This document shows positions 26,831-37,211 of a DNA stretch of 64,000 nt, one piece after another; within the stretch, counting starts at the first letter, position 1; every line of letters begins with the position of its first letter. A program made the translations under genes and the position numbers. This stretch comes from a virus. Location of the stretch: positions 32,001-96,000 of IMG/VR virus record IMGVR_UViG_3300017730_000002, one strand, 5' to 3'. Under the pieces are notes generated by a model. The model did not search any database and was not told the origin of the DNA. It saw nothing but the letters and a program-made list of their open reading frames with translations.

Positions 26831-27237
26831 AGAATCTAGGTAAGAAAATATTGGATGAGCACTATAAAATAACTAGTAATCCTGAAGCTAAGAATTCAAA
26901 CATAATGTGGATGATGTATTTAAATAAAGCTAATACATCTAAAGCAGGAATGATTAAGCCATGGATGTTTTTAGCTGAAGCGCATCTTTTGATGTATTTG
27001 GGCTATATGGATAAGTATGCTGTGGAAAATCTAGTTAATCTTATAAAGTCTCCAGATAAAGATAACTTATTTGTGGCTTCTCAAGTAATTAAGTTTTATA
27101 GAAACTTAAGAATAAAAGAACTTGGGGAGTTTGACAAAAAGAAATCTAAGTATAGAGAAGTTATACGTGACTATGATACTAAGATTTTAAATATGGATTT
27201 GTGGAAACAATACAAAAAATTAAAAGCAGATGACTGA
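26815..27237 (+). CDS. Hypothetical protein with S.D.DN helical motif
   Basis: 140-aa ORF; NLVNLIKSPDKDNLFVA. Confidence 0.65.
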   Translation: MERRIKNLGKKILDEHYKITSNPEAKNSNIMWMMYLNKANTSKAGMIKPWMFLAEAHLLMYLGYMDKYAVENLVNLIKSPDKDNLFVASQVIKFYRNLRIKELGEFDKKKSKYREVIRDYDTKILNMDLWKQYKKLKADD

Positions 27238-27508
27238 GAAAGAACTAATGGACCTAGATTTTGAGAAAGTTATGGTATATGATGAAGAAAGTGATAATGG
27301 TTATGATTATCATTACTTTCGTAAACAAATTGGTGGTAGCATGTTTTTAGCCGCTGATACACTTAATAAAGAAGGAGAGCTACGTGTTAACATAGATGAT
27401 CCTGGATTGGTAATAAGAGATATAAACCTTGTAAAAGAATTAATAAATGTTTTCAGCAAAATTGAAGATGCAGAACGGGAAGTTAGTGTATCCAAAGAAA
27501 ATGGATAA
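27230..27508 (+). CDS. Hypothetical protein
   Basis: 92-aa ORF. Confidence 0.6.
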   Translation: MTEKELMDLDFEKVMVYDEESDNGYDYHYFRKQIGGSMFLAADTLNKEGELRVNIDDPGLVIRDINLVKELINVFSKIEDAEREVSVSKENG

Positions 27509-27809
27509 GCTTGCTTTCAAGTTATTTACTGAAAAACTTTCTGAAGGACAAGAGGTAGACATTTTTATGTCTATCTCTGATGCTGAGGGAAGTGGTGCAC
27601 AGATATCAAAAGTGCATGCTTGTATACGAGAATTGGCCAAGGAAAGTGGCTATAGCTTTGATGATATGAAAAAGCTAGTAAAAGAAAAAGCAGGGTTACT
27701 TATAGTCAATGATTATAAATCTTTTGCTGAATGTGATAAAAGTGAATTAAATTTAGCTATTCAAGCTTGTATAGAAATAGGTGAGTTCTATAATGTTAAT
27801 CTTCATTAG
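27447..27809 (+). CDS. Hypothetical protein, possibly NinB/Orf-like
   Basis: S.AQ...H...RELA.ESGYSFDDMK pattern. Confidence 0.5.
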   Translation: MFSAKLKMQNGKLVYPKKMDKLAFKLFTEKLSEGQEVDIFMSISDAEGSGAQISKVHACIRELAKESGYSFDDMKKLVKEKAGLLIVNDYKSFAECDKSELNLAIQACIEIGEFYNVNLH

Positions 27810-28131
27810 ATTTATTTATATCTTTTATAGCTTTTTTTAATGTATTAGGATCAATATCTTTTTCAATAAACATATTATTTTCTAAAGCTTGTTTTTCAAT
27901 TTCACCTATGAGCAAAGTAAGAGTATAAAAGGTTCTTTCTTTATCATTTAGATCAGCATAAGATTTTGATGTTAGATTTTTAATAAAATTTTCAGCATTA
28001 CCTTTAGGTGAGTTATTGATATCTTTAAAAGATGTAATTAAAGCTGACTTTACCATCATGTAAAAAGTTTTGTTTACATCAATATGCATTATTGCATCAT
28101 CCTTTAATTCTTTTACTTTAGTAGACTCCAT
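27796..28131 (-). CDS. Hypothetical protein (lone minus-strand gene)
   Basis: Likely start MESTK; TATATTTG element at 28146-28153. Confidence 0.6.
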   Translation of the reverse strand: MESTKVKELKDDAIMHIDVNKTFYMMVKSALITSFKDINNSPKGNAENFIKNLTSKSYADLNDKERTFYTLTLLIGEIEKQALENNMFIEKDIDPNTLKKAIKDINKSNED

Positions 28132-28161
28132 AATATTAATTTTACCAAATATAAAAAATAT

Positions 28162-28875
28162 ATGACACAAACAATAGATATAGAAGATATTAAACAAAAA
28201 ATATTTAAAAAATTAGAACCATCAGGTTGGGCTAGACCGCTTAAATCTTTTATATTTAGTTCTGATTTTGAGGATATAATTAAACAACTAGTAACGCTAT
28301 CTAAAGATGGTAAAAGATTCACTCCTAAATTAAGTCAGTTGTTTAGAGCATTTGAAGAATGTCCTTATGATGAACTTAAGGTAATTATGGTAGGTCAAGA
28401 CCCATACCCTAAGTTAGGAGTAGCAGATGGTATTGCATTTAGTTGTAGTAATACAATGGAGCAGCAACCAAGTTTAAGATTTATTTTAAATGAGGTTAAC
28501 AGAACTGTATATGATGGTGTAGGTCAATCACATGATCCAGACCTTACACGGTGGGCTAATCAAGGTATATTGATGCTAAATACTGCACTTACAACTACTG
28601 TAGGTAAAGTAGGGCAACATTATCCCATATGGAAACCTTTTTTAGCTTATTTATTTGATCATTTAACATTTGGTCACACAGGTTTAGTATATATTTACAT
28701 GGGTAAGCAAGCTCATGAATGGAAAGATACTGTACATGATATGAATTATAAGTTCCTTGTTAGCCATCCAGCAAGTGCTGTATACAATAAAGGCCAGACT
28801 TGGGATTCTAAAAATGTATTTGTAGATGTTCAAAAGATTTTAAAAGATAATATGAATTTTTCAGTAACTTGGTAG
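28162..28875 (+). CDS. ung: Uracil-DNA glycosylase (family 1)
   Basis: VGQDPY, GIAFS, PSLR, QGILMLN, SHPAS. Confidence 0.9.
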   Translation: MTQTIDIEDIKQKIFKKLEPSGWARPLKSFIFSSDFEDIIKQLVTLSKDGKRFTPKLSQLFRAFEECPYDELKVIMVGQDPYPKLGVADGIAFSCSNTMEQQPSLRFILNEVNRTVYDGVGQSHDPDLTRWANQGILMLNTALTTTVGKVGQHYPIWKPFLAYLFDHLTFGHTGLVYIYMGKQAHEWKDTVHDMNYKFLVSHPASAVYNKGQTWDSKNVFVDVQKILKDNMNFSVTW

Positions 28876-28876
28876 T

Positions 28877-29467
28877 ATGGATGAAATATTTAATAAATTA
28901 ATAAAAGAAAAGCTTACTCCTAATTCTTTATATGTATTACATTGTATTAAGAATAAGTTATCTGTATCTAAATCTTTAGCTAATTCTGATTTAGAAGTAC
29001 ATAGATTAAAGAGTGAGGATTGGCTTAATGAGGATTTGCAATTAACTAGTAAAAGCCTTATCTTTATGGAAGAATTAGGTTCTTATTTTAGAAAGACTAA
29101 AAAGAAAACTTCTAAAGATTTAATGGGGGATAATTATGACAATAAAATAAAGTTATATAACTCTTTATTCCCTGCTAAAAAACTTGGAAGTGGTAAGTAT
29201 GCAAGAACTAATGTAAAAAACTTGGAAGCAGGTTTTAGATGGTTTTTTGATACTTATGACTATGATTGGCATACAATATTATTAGCAACAAAAAAATATG
29301 TACTTGAATATAAAATGAAAAATTATGAATACATGAGAACATCCCAATATTTTATTAGAAAACAAAATACAGACAAATCTTTTGAGTCTGATTTAGCTAC
29401 TTACTGCGACATGTTAAATGAAGTAGATTCTAATGAATTTGACATATTCAAAGATAAAATAGTATAA
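28877..29467 (+). CDS. Putative replication initiator/helicase loader
   Basis: Directly upstream of DnaB; F..LFP..., YM....YFI pattern. Confidence 0.5.
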   Translation: MDEIFNKLIKEKLTPNSLYVLHCIKNKLSVSKSLANSDLEVHRLKSEDWLNEDLQLTSKSLIFMEELGSYFRKTKKKTSKDLMGDNYDNKIKLYNSLFPAKKLGSGKYARTNVKNLEAGFRWFFDTYDYDWHTILLATKKYVLEYKMKNYEYMRTSQYFIRKQNTDKSFESDLATYCDMLNEVDSNEFDIFKDKIV

Positions 29468-29468
29468 T

Positions 29469-30470
29469 TTGGAACAATTCAATGGTGCAAAGCCTTTAAA
29501 GGCTATTAGTAAGGTGCGTGCTTATGAGAAGGCCCTTTTAGAAATGAGAGGGAGAATGGACGGTAGAATTAAAAGTCTTGCAACTGCATGGCCTAAGTTT
29601 AATGATGCTACACTAAATGGTTTAGAGTGGAATACTCTAACTGTTGTTGGCGCTAGACCTGGTGTTGGTAAAACTTTATTTATGGAGCAGCTTGTTACAG
29701 AAGTTATTGCTCTTAATAAAGATCAAGACTTTCAAGTTCTACAATTTCAATTTGAGATGCCTGAGAAAACTCTTGGTATGAGAGCGTTCTCTGCTATAAC
29801 TCAGAAAGATTATGGTGTCCTTCATAGTAAGTATGAACCTTTAGAAGAAGAGATTTACAATAAATGTAAACAATACACTAGTACACTTAATAAAAACAAT
29901 AGGGTATTCTCTATTTACAGACCGTGTACTGTTAATGAATTCTGCGCAAGTATAGATTATCATTTTAGACAAAATGTAAAAGAAGTTAATGGACAAAAGG
30001 TGTATCCTAAACTTTTAGTAACTGTAGATCACTCAGCTTTATTTAAAAGAGATAAGCATGAGAAAGATAGATTTGAAATGTTATACAATCTAGGTGAAGC
30101 GCTAACCTTTATGAAAAGAAGTTATCCACTATCATTTGTTATTTTAAGTCAATTAAATAGAAACATTGATGATCCTAAACGTGCTGTAGAAGGTACATAT
30201 GGTAATTATGTTCTAGACTCTGACTTATTTGGTGCTGATGCATTATTGCAACATGCTGATATAGTATTAGGTATTAATAAACCTGCTGCTAGAAAAATTA
30301 GATATTATGGTCCAGAAAGAATACAAATAACAGATCCAGAAACCTTGGTGTTTCATTTCTTAAAATGTAGAAATGGAGACACTAGAATAAGTTTCTTTAG
30401 ATTAGATAGAGATACAATAAGAATAGTAGAAATGAACACACCAACACAAAATAATAAAATTCAAATATGA
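29469..30470 (+). CDS. dnaB: DnaB-like replicative helicase (TTG start)
   Basis: GARPGVGKT, FEM, VDH, LSQLNR, K.RNG. Confidence 0.9.
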   Translation: MEQFNGAKPLKAISKVRAYEKALLEMRGRMDGRIKSLATAWPKFNDATLNGLEWNTLTVVGARPGVGKTLFMEQLVTEVIALNKDQDFQVLQFQFEMPEKTLGMRAFSAITQKDYGVLHSKYEPLEEEIYNKCKQYTSTLNKNNRVFSIYRPCTVNEFCASIDYHFRQNVKEVNGQKVYPKLLVTVDHSALFKRDKHEKDRFEMLYNLGEALTFMKRSYPLSFVILSQLNRNIDDPKRAVEGTYGNYVLDSDLFGADALLQHADIVLGINKPAARKIRYYGPERIQITDPETLVFHFLKCRNGDTRISFFRLDRDTIRIVEMNTPTQNNKIQI

Positions 30471-31078
30471 GTACAAGACAAGAGAACCAAAAAGTTCTTA
30501 TGGCAACACACTTGCCAACATTTAAGAGGTTGAAGATTGCTGACCCTTATTTTATTGCTAAGTCTGCATGGGCGCCCCCAGGAGAAGCGCTTAAAATACA
30601 GTTCTTTCCTAATGAATTAAAACAAGGAAGAGATATCTATACAGAACTTAGTGATTTTAATGCTGTATCAGAAGATCCAACACATACATTGTATAAATTA
30701 AAGCATAATCCTTTTTATAAAGAGGAATATCCTTTAGAACAAAAGACTAGTAAGTCAGGTAATGATTATGAAGTTTATGTTGTACCTATTGAGGAGCTTG
30801 TTGCTATTGATAAGAAATCAGGTAAAGAAATACCTTATAATTCATATCAAGATTACTTAAAGAACCCTCCCAAAGAAGAAGTAGAGACTAAACCCGCTGA
30901 TTTTCCAAACTTTACTGAAGAATATCTTGATGTAGGGTTGAAGAAGAAAGAGGAAGATGATCCTAAATATGTTCCTTGGAAAGAAGATGAAGAAGAAGTA
31001 AAAAACTTTCCAGATTGGTTAAACACTTTGGATAGAATAGCAACTGCATTAGAAAAAATAGAAAAGAAAATAAAATGA
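30467..31078 (+). CDS. Hypothetical protein in replication module
   Basis: 203-aa coupled ORF. Confidence 0.7.
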   Translation: MSTRQENQKVLMATHLPTFKRLKIADPYFIAKSAWAPPGEALKIQFFPNELKQGRDIYTELSDFNAVSEDPTHTLYKLKHNPFYKEEYPLEQKTSKSGNDYEVYVVPIEELVAIDKKSGKEIPYNSYQDYLKNPPKEEVETKPADFPNFTEEYLDVGLKKKEEDDPKYVPWKEDEEEVKNFPDWLNTLDRIATALEKIEKKIK

Positions 31079-31800
31079 GTATAGTACTTCCAACAAAAAA
31101 GGTAAAGAAAGAAAGAGTTAATCCTAAAAGATTAATAATCTATAGTAAACCAAAGACAGGTAAAACAACTGCATATGCAGGCTTAGAAAACAATTTAATA
31201 TTGGATCTAGAGAATGGTAGCGAGTATGTTGAAGCATTGAAAGTTAAAATTGAAAACTTACAAGAGCTTCTTGATGCAGGCAAGGCCATAAAAGAAGCAG
31301 ATAAACCTTATGATTATGTTACAATAGATACAGTAACCGCATTAGAAGAAATGGTAATGCCACTAGCTGTAAAAATGTACAAAAAGACACCAATGGGTAA
31401 AAATTATGATGGTAATAATGTAACAACTCTTGCAAATGGTGCTGGATATTTATATATTCGTCAGGCATTTTTTCAAGTATTGGATTTTATTGATACATTA
31501 GCGCCTCATATTATTTTATCTGGACACATCAAAGACAAAGTTGTAGATGATAAAGGAGAAATGGTTATGGCTGCTAATATTGACCTCACAGGTAAAATAA
31601 AATCTTTAATCTGCGCTAATGCAGATGCTATAGGTTATATGTACAGAAAGGGTAATAAGACCATCCTCAATTTTAAAAATGATGATGGTGTAACATGTGG
31701 TGCAAGACCTGACCACTTAAGAAATGAAGAAATAGTAGTTTCTGAAATGAATGAAAAAGGTGAGATAAAAACTCACTGGAATAAAATATACAAATCGTAA
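31075..31800 (+). CDS. AAA_24/Sak4-like ATPase
   Basis: YSKPKTGKT, LDLENG, IDTVT, GH, ADAIGY. Confidence 0.8.
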   Translation: MSIVLPTKKVKKERVNPKRLIIYSKPKTGKTTAYAGLENNLILDLENGSEYVEALKVKIENLQELLDAGKAIKEADKPYDYVTIDTVTALEEMVMPLAVKMYKKTPMGKNYDGNNVTTLANGAGYLYIRQAFFQVLDFIDTLAPHIILSGHIKDKVVDDKGEMVMAANIDLTGKIKSLICANADAIGYMYRKGNKTILNFKNDDGVTCGARPDHLRNEEIVVSEMNEKGEIKTHWNKIYKS

Positions 31801-31828
31801 TTATTAACAATTAAAAAAGAAAAATCAA

Positions 31829-32512
31829 ATGGCTTTAAGTACAACAGATTTAAAAGCAGAGGGTGGTAGCGGAATGCCTAAGACAATTGCTCCTGGTAAT
31901 CATGAACTAAAAATTAATAGTATAAGACTAGATGAATTTAGATTTATTGAAGGAGCATACCATTTACTTATGGAAATGGAAACTAAACCAATAGAAGGTT
32001 TTGAAGGTTTTCTTAGAGATAGAAATGATGAAAGCAAAGGGCGTTTTGAAGGCCAAATTGGTAGAGTAAAAGCTAGTCAGTATGCATTTGCGGATGGTGA
32101 AACTAAGTCAGGAATTAAAATACAAAGAGATAGATCTGTATTATTATTCCTAAAGAATTTATCTAATGCTCTTGGTATTGCTGATTGGTTTGCTGAACAA
32201 GATAATCAACATGAAACAATTGAAGACTTTGTAAAAGCATTCAATGATACTGCACCTTATCAAGATAAATATTTACATACTTGTCTTGCAGGTAAAGAAT
32301 ATGAAAATAAATCAGGTTATATTGCATATGACTGTTGGTTTGCAAAAGCACAGAACAAAAAATATGGCTATGCACCTAATGCAGAAACTATGTTACCTTA
32401 TGATGAGTCTAAACATTTAAGAAAGATTGAGAACAAGCCTGTTGAATCTTTTGGTAATGATGAAGACTTATCAATTCCAATGAAAACCAGCGCAGATTTT
32501 GATCTAGACTAG
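31829..32512 (+). CDS. Putative ssDNA-binding protein
   Basis: Follows Sak4-like ATPase; acidic aromatic C-terminus ADFDLD. Confidence 0.55.
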   Translation: MALSTTDLKAEGGSGMPKTIAPGNHELKINSIRLDEFRFIEGAYHLLMEMETKPIEGFEGFLRDRNDESKGRFEGQIGRVKASQYAFADGETKSGIKIQRDRSVLLFLKNLSNALGIADWFAEQDNQHETIEDFVKAFNDTAPYQDKYLHTCLAGKEYENKSGYIAYDCWFAKAQNKKYGYAPNAETMLPYDESKHLRKIENKPVESFGNDEDLSIPMKTSADFDLD

Positions 32513-32583
32513 ATTTCATTTTTATATTTGTAAGTAAAGGGAGGATTTTTTAGTTCTCCCTTTATTGTCTAAAAACATATTGT

Positions 32584-33564
32584 ATGATTTCAACTAAAAA
32601 TTTAATTTCTGATTTAAATGATATACCAACAGGATGGGCTTTTGAATATTACCTAGGATTATCTGAAACACTTGATGGCCAAGATGTCAAGATAAGATCT
32701 ATAGTTAATACCAGAGAGCGTACTCCTTCAATGTGTATTTATCTTAATGCTACTACAGGAAGATATTGTTTTAAAGACTTTTCTTCAGGCAATGGTGGTG
32801 ACTCCGTAGAACTTGTTAAAATTATTTTTGGCCTTACACGGGGACAATCAGCTATGAAAATTATTGAAGACTATAATCAATATGTTTTAAACAATGATTG
32901 TAATCCTATAAAAGAATATAAAGTTCATAGTAGATATAAGGTAACTGATTATGAGATAAGACACTGGACAACAATTGATCAAAAGTATTGGACAAAGTTT
33001 AATATTGGATCCAGGCTGCTTGAAAGATATAATGTGGCCCCGCTACAGTACTATGTGATGACTAAAGAAGATAATGATGGTAAGGAAAGTTCTATTACTA
33101 TTAAAGGTCTTAGTCTATATGGTTACTTTAAAGATGATGGTACATTGTACAAAGTTTACCAACCTAAAGTTTCTGATAAGAAATTTATTAAGGTTAAAAA
33201 TTACATCCAAGGATCTGATCAACTAAAATATGATAAGAAGTATCTTGTAATTACATCTTCACTAAAAGACTTAATGACCTTTGAGAGACTTAAGTTAGAT
33301 GATGCAGAGTCAATTGCACCTGACAGTGAGAATACTTTGATACCAGAGAGCATGCTCAAAAGTATAATACCAAAGTATGAAAAGATATTTGTTTTGTTTG
33401 ATAATGATGAAGCAGGTATCAGATCTATGAAGAGATACAAAGAGAAGTATGATTTTGATTACGTGATTCTAGATATGGAGAAAGATTTATCTGACTCTAT
33501 TAAGGTACACGGTCTTACTAAAACTAGAGAGGTTTTATTACCCCTATTAAAAAAGTTGATATGA
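32584..33564 (+). CDS. DNA primase (Toprim)
   Basis: ERTPS..FKDFSSG N-terminus; SSLKD, FDNDEAG, KDLSD. Confidence 0.85.
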   Translation: MISTKNLISDLNDIPTGWAFEYYLGLSETLDGQDVKIRSIVNTRERTPSMCIYLNATTGRYCFKDFSSGNGGDSVELVKIIFGLTRGQSAMKIIEDYNQYVLNNDCNPIKEYKVHSRYKVTDYEIRHWTTIDQKYWTKFNIGSRLLERYNVAPLQYYVMTKEDNDGKESSITIKGLSLYGYFKDDGTLYKVYQPKVSDKKFIKVKNYIQGSDQLKYDKKYLVITSSLKDLMTFERLKLDDAESIAPDSENTLIPESMLKSIIPKYEKIFVLFDNDEAGIRSMKRYKEKYDFDYVILDMEKDLSDSIKVHGLTKTREVLLPLLKKLI

Positions 33565-34064
33565 AAAGTTTAAAGAGTAAAATAAAAAAGGACATGTATC
33601 CTTGGAAAATAGAAATAGATGCTCCTGATAGACCAAGTAAAAAAAAGTTATTAGATTTTAATAATGACATGATTCCAGAAGGTGCTGTAGGTTTTGTTTA
33701 CATAATGAACTACTTAGATAGTAAAAGTGGAATAATGTATTCTTACATTGGTAAGAAAAACTTTTATAGTAAAAGAAAGAAAAAGTTTGGCAAGAAAGCG
33801 CTAGCTGCTATGACAGACAAAAGAGCTAAGAAATATGAGACAGTTGTTAAGTTAGACTATGAAAACTATTTCAGTAGCAACAAAGAACTAAAACAAGCAT
33901 ATAAAGATGGTAAAATGATATATAGAACCATACTTAAAATTTGTTTTAGTAAATCAAAATTAACTTATCAAGAAACAAAATATCAATTTAAATATGAAGT
34001 TCTTGAGAAAGATTACTATCTGAATGGAAATATATTAGGAAGATTTTATAAAGGAAAAATATGA
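33561..34064 (+). CDS. GIY-YIG-like nuclease
   Basis: GFVYI...YIGKK...Y.SS...E...N.NILG. Confidence 0.7.
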   Translation: MKSLKSKIKKDMYPWKIEIDAPDRPSKKKLLDFNNDMIPEGAVGFVYIMNYLDSKSGIMYSYIGKKNFYSKRKKKFGKKALAAMTDKRAKKYETVVKLDYENYFSSNKELKQAYKDGKMIYRTILKICFSKSKLTYQETKYQFKYEVLEKDYYLNGNILGRFYKGKI

Positions 34065-34270
34065 TGAGTCACAAGAATAGCAATCGGGTATATGTCAATA
34101 TTGATGAGACTATACGGCATTTATGCACCTATCCTAATCAAGTGAGTGACTTATTTTTAAATCAAAACAAATATGAGTAAAGAAGAATTAATAGAGTGGA
34201 TAGAAAATTTACCACTACAGACACTGACTGATGAATTAAAGGATGATATTATAGAAAAGATAGATGATTT

Positions 34271-34705
34271 ATGAATAAAGAAGTTTTAAAAAACTTACTA
34301 ACTATGATGCGGTCAAGTGATAAAGACAATCACTATATGGCAATGCAAGCAATTGTAAATCTGGGTGACCCCAGTACTGTAATAGAAAATTACAAAGAAG
34401 AATTATTATTCTTATGGTTATATGGTAATCCTCATCTTGAGGATTGGGCGCTTGTAGATGTAAGAGTTACAAGACTATTTCGTGACTTAGTAAATAAACA
34501 TAGACCCAAAGGAGTAGGTCTTGTATATAAGCAAGATTTAAAGCTTAAAGAAAGATGGTTGGGTCATATGATAGGACCAAATGCTCGCATTAAAAAACCA
34601 TGGGTAGCAGAGTTGATGATTGAAGAGATTATCAATGAGAAAAAGAGAATATTTAATGCTCTTGATTTTAAATACAAAGAAATCCAAGTAAATATAATAC
34701 AATGA
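34271..34705 (+). CDS. Hypothetical protein with S.D.DN helical motif
   Basis: NLLTMMRSSDKDNHYMA; coupled to vWA gene. Confidence 0.65.
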   Translation: MNKEVLKNLLTMMRSSDKDNHYMAMQAIVNLGDPSTVIENYKEELLFLWLYGNPHLEDWALVDVRVTRLFRDLVNKHRPKGVGLVYKQDLKLKERWLGHMIGPNARIKKPWVAELMIEEIINEKKRIFNALDFKYKEIQVNIIQ

Positions 34706-35928
34706 ATAGACAAGATTCACTGAGTAAAACATCAAAAGACTTGATGTTAAAGGAACCCTATTATGGTTTCTTTTTATTAATGTTACACAAGAGCTGGAGT
34801 GATCAACTTCCAACTGCAGGTGTATGTAAAAATGGCATCAACTTTCAATTGATGATCAATGAGAAGTTCTGGACTGATTTGCCAGAAGATCACAAACTAG
34901 GACTACTGAAACATGAGTTACTTCATATTGCATTTCAACATCTTACAACTTTTACTATGTTTAGTGATAAGAAGATGGCCAATATTGCAATGGATATGGA
35001 GATCAATCAGTATATAGATGGACACTGGTTACCTGAAGGTGGTATAGATATAAATGACTATGGTGATCTTAATCTAGATAAGAAAGCTGGTTCTAGATAT
35101 TATTATGATAAGCTTAAGCAAGCTCAACAAGATAAGAAAGATACTGGATCCTGTGGAGATGATAACATGGACAAGTTGCTTGATGGTATGGAGCAATCTC
35201 AATGTAAAGTTACAATTGGAAAAGCTAGTGGTAGAGATGGAGATAAGGAAGTTAATATTCCTGATCATGAGTGGGAAGAGTTTGAAGACATGCCTGATGC
35301 AGAGAAGAAGCTTATTGAAAAGCAAGTTCAAAGAGTTATGTCTGAAGCTAAGGAACAGACTCTTAAGAAGAGAGGGTATGTACCAGGTGAGATATCAGGT
35401 CTTATTAAGCTTGATGAAGTTATACCACCTAAATTTAATTGGAAAGCATATATCAGAAGGTTTACTGGTATATCTACTAAAATCTTTACTAGAAAAGTTA
35501 GGAGAAAAGAGAACAAAAGATACTCTGATAATCCTGGCCTTAAGATAAAGATGAGACAAAACATGCTTGTTGGTATTGATACTTCAGCTTCTGTTTGTAA
35601 CAGTGAATTAGAAGAATTTATTAATGAGATACATCACTTGTATAAAGCAGGTGTTAATGTTACAATTGTACAGTGTGACACTAAAATTCAATCTATCAAA
35701 GATTATGATGGAAAATTTGAACTAGAGGTGTCAGGTAGAGGAGGTACTTATTTTGAACCTGTTCTAGAATTATTTAATGAAAGAAGAGAGTTTACAAGCT
35801 TAATCTATTTTACAGATGGAGAGGCTTGGACAGATATAAAACCCAGGAAGCCAGTTCTATGGGTATTATCAGAGAGATCTGAGTTTAATGATAGCTTACC
35901 AGGAAGACAAATTAGATTAGAAATTTAA
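34702..35928 (+). CDS. DUF2201-type metallopeptidase + vWA domain protein
   Basis: HELLH zincin; NIAMD.EIN; MIDAS DTSAS; GRGGT; FTDG. Confidence 0.85.
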   Translation: MNRQDSLSKTSKDLMLKEPYYGFFLLMLHKSWSDQLPTAGVCKNGINFQLMINEKFWTDLPEDHKLGLLKHELLHIAFQHLTTFTMFSDKKMANIAMDMEINQYIDGHWLPEGGIDINDYGDLNLDKKAGSRYYYDKLKQAQQDKKDTGSCGDDNMDKLLDGMEQSQCKVTIGKASGRDGDKEVNIPDHEWEEFEDMPDAEKKLIEKQVQRVMSEAKEQTLKKRGYVPGEISGLIKLDEVIPPKFNWKAYIRRFTGISTKIFTRKVRRKENKRYSDNPGLKIKMRQNMLVGIDTSASVCNSELEEFINEIHHLYKAGVNVTIVQCDTKIQSIKDYDGKFELEVSGRGGTYFEPVLELFNERREFTSLIYFTDGEAWTDIKPRKPVLWVLSERSEFNDSLPGRQIRLEI

Positions 35929-35943
35929 ATTAAAAAAAAAGAC

Positions 35944-37119
35944 ATGAGTAAAATCACACAGTTAAACGTTGATGAGTTAAAAGGCTTCTTAAAGCATATG
36001 GTTACTAATAACCAGTATATTCAAAATGAAGGTAAAGTACCTGTTGCAATAAATATTGAAGGTGATGCGGGCCTTGGTAAGACTTCCGCTATTGTCCAGC
36101 TTGGTAAAGAGATGGATATGGATGTTGTAAAGATTAATCTATCTCAGATAGAAGAACTAGGTGACCTTGTTGGTTTTCCTGTTAAAGAATTCAAAATTCA
36201 AAATAAAGAAGGCCAAAGCACTTGGATTATGGAAGCTCAGGTTGAAGCTGCTATGAAGAAGGGTTACAAGATTGTAGAAAAGCGCATGGCTCATGCTGCA
36301 CCTGAATGGATCCAAGGTAGAACTGAAGGTGGTTTCTTGGTTCTTGATGATTACACTCGTGCTGATCATAGATTTATGCAAGCAACTATGGAAATCTTGG
36401 ACAGACAAGAATATATTTCTTGGTCTCTTCCTAAGAACTGGCATGTTATCCTGACTACTAATCCAGACAATGGTGAGTATCAGGTAACTTCTCTTGATGA
36501 TGCTCAGAAAACTAGATTTATCTCTACAGAGGTAAAGTTTGATGCTAATGTATGGGCTCGTTGGGCAGAGAAGGTTAACATTGATGGTAGATGTATTAAC
36601 TTTTTGTTGATGAATCCTGAGATTGTAACACAAAAGGTTAATCCTAGAAGTATTACTACCTTCTTTAACTCTATTAGCTCTATTCAAAAGTTTGAAGATG
36701 AGTTGCCGCTGATTAATATGATTGGTGATGGGTCAATTGGAGAAGAGCCGTCTGCATTGTTTGCTATGTTTATCAATAACAAGTTAGATAAGATTATCAG
36801 CCCTGAGCAGATTCTTACTAATGATGATTGGAACTATGTTAAAGGTTCTTTGACTAGTTGTATTGGTAAAGATGATGATTTCAGAGCAGACATCTCTAGT
36901 ATTATTAGTACTAGAATTATCAACTTTGCATCAATAACAGCTGACAAAGGCTCAGTACCACAAAAGATGATTGATAGAATTATCTCTTTGGTTACTGACT
37001 GTGATTCATTTACTGATGACTTGAGATATTACATGGTTAAAGAGATCCTTAATGGTCACAAAGCCAAATTCTCAAAACTGATGTTGAATCAGAAGGTGGT
37101 GGCGATGACTGTAAAGTAA
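35944..37119 (+). CDS. MoxR/AAA_5-like ATPase
   Basis: GDAGLGKT, LVLDDYTR, TTNP, LD.AQ.TRF, NPRS. Confidence 0.85.
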   Translation: MSKITQLNVDELKGFLKHMVTNNQYIQNEGKVPVAINIEGDAGLGKTSAIVQLGKEMDMDVVKINLSQIEELGDLVGFPVKEFKIQNKEGQSTWIMEAQVEAAMKKGYKIVEKRMAHAAPEWIQGRTEGGFLVLDDYTRADHRFMQATMEILDRQEYISWSLPKNWHVILTTNPDNGEYQVTSLDDAQKTRFISTEVKFDANVWARWAEKVNIDGRCINFLLMNPEIVTQKVNPRSITTFFNSISSIQKFEDELPLINMIGDGSIGEEPSALFAMFINNKLDKIISPEQILTNDDWNYVKGSLTSCIGKDDDFRADISSIISTRIINFASITADKGSVPQKMIDRIISLVTDCDSFTDDLRYYMVKEILNGHKAKFSKLMLNQKVVAMTVK

Positions 37120-37175
37120 TCACAGATAAAACAGTTTCCCGTTTTACTAAACATTAACCTAATTAATTCACAGAT

Positions 37176-37200
37176 AGAGGGGTGTAAAAGCCCCTCTTTT
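37176..37200 (+). terminator. Intrinsic terminator
   Basis: AGAGGGG/CCCCTCT + TTT. Confidence 0.65.
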
Positions 37201-37211
37201 AAAAATAAATA

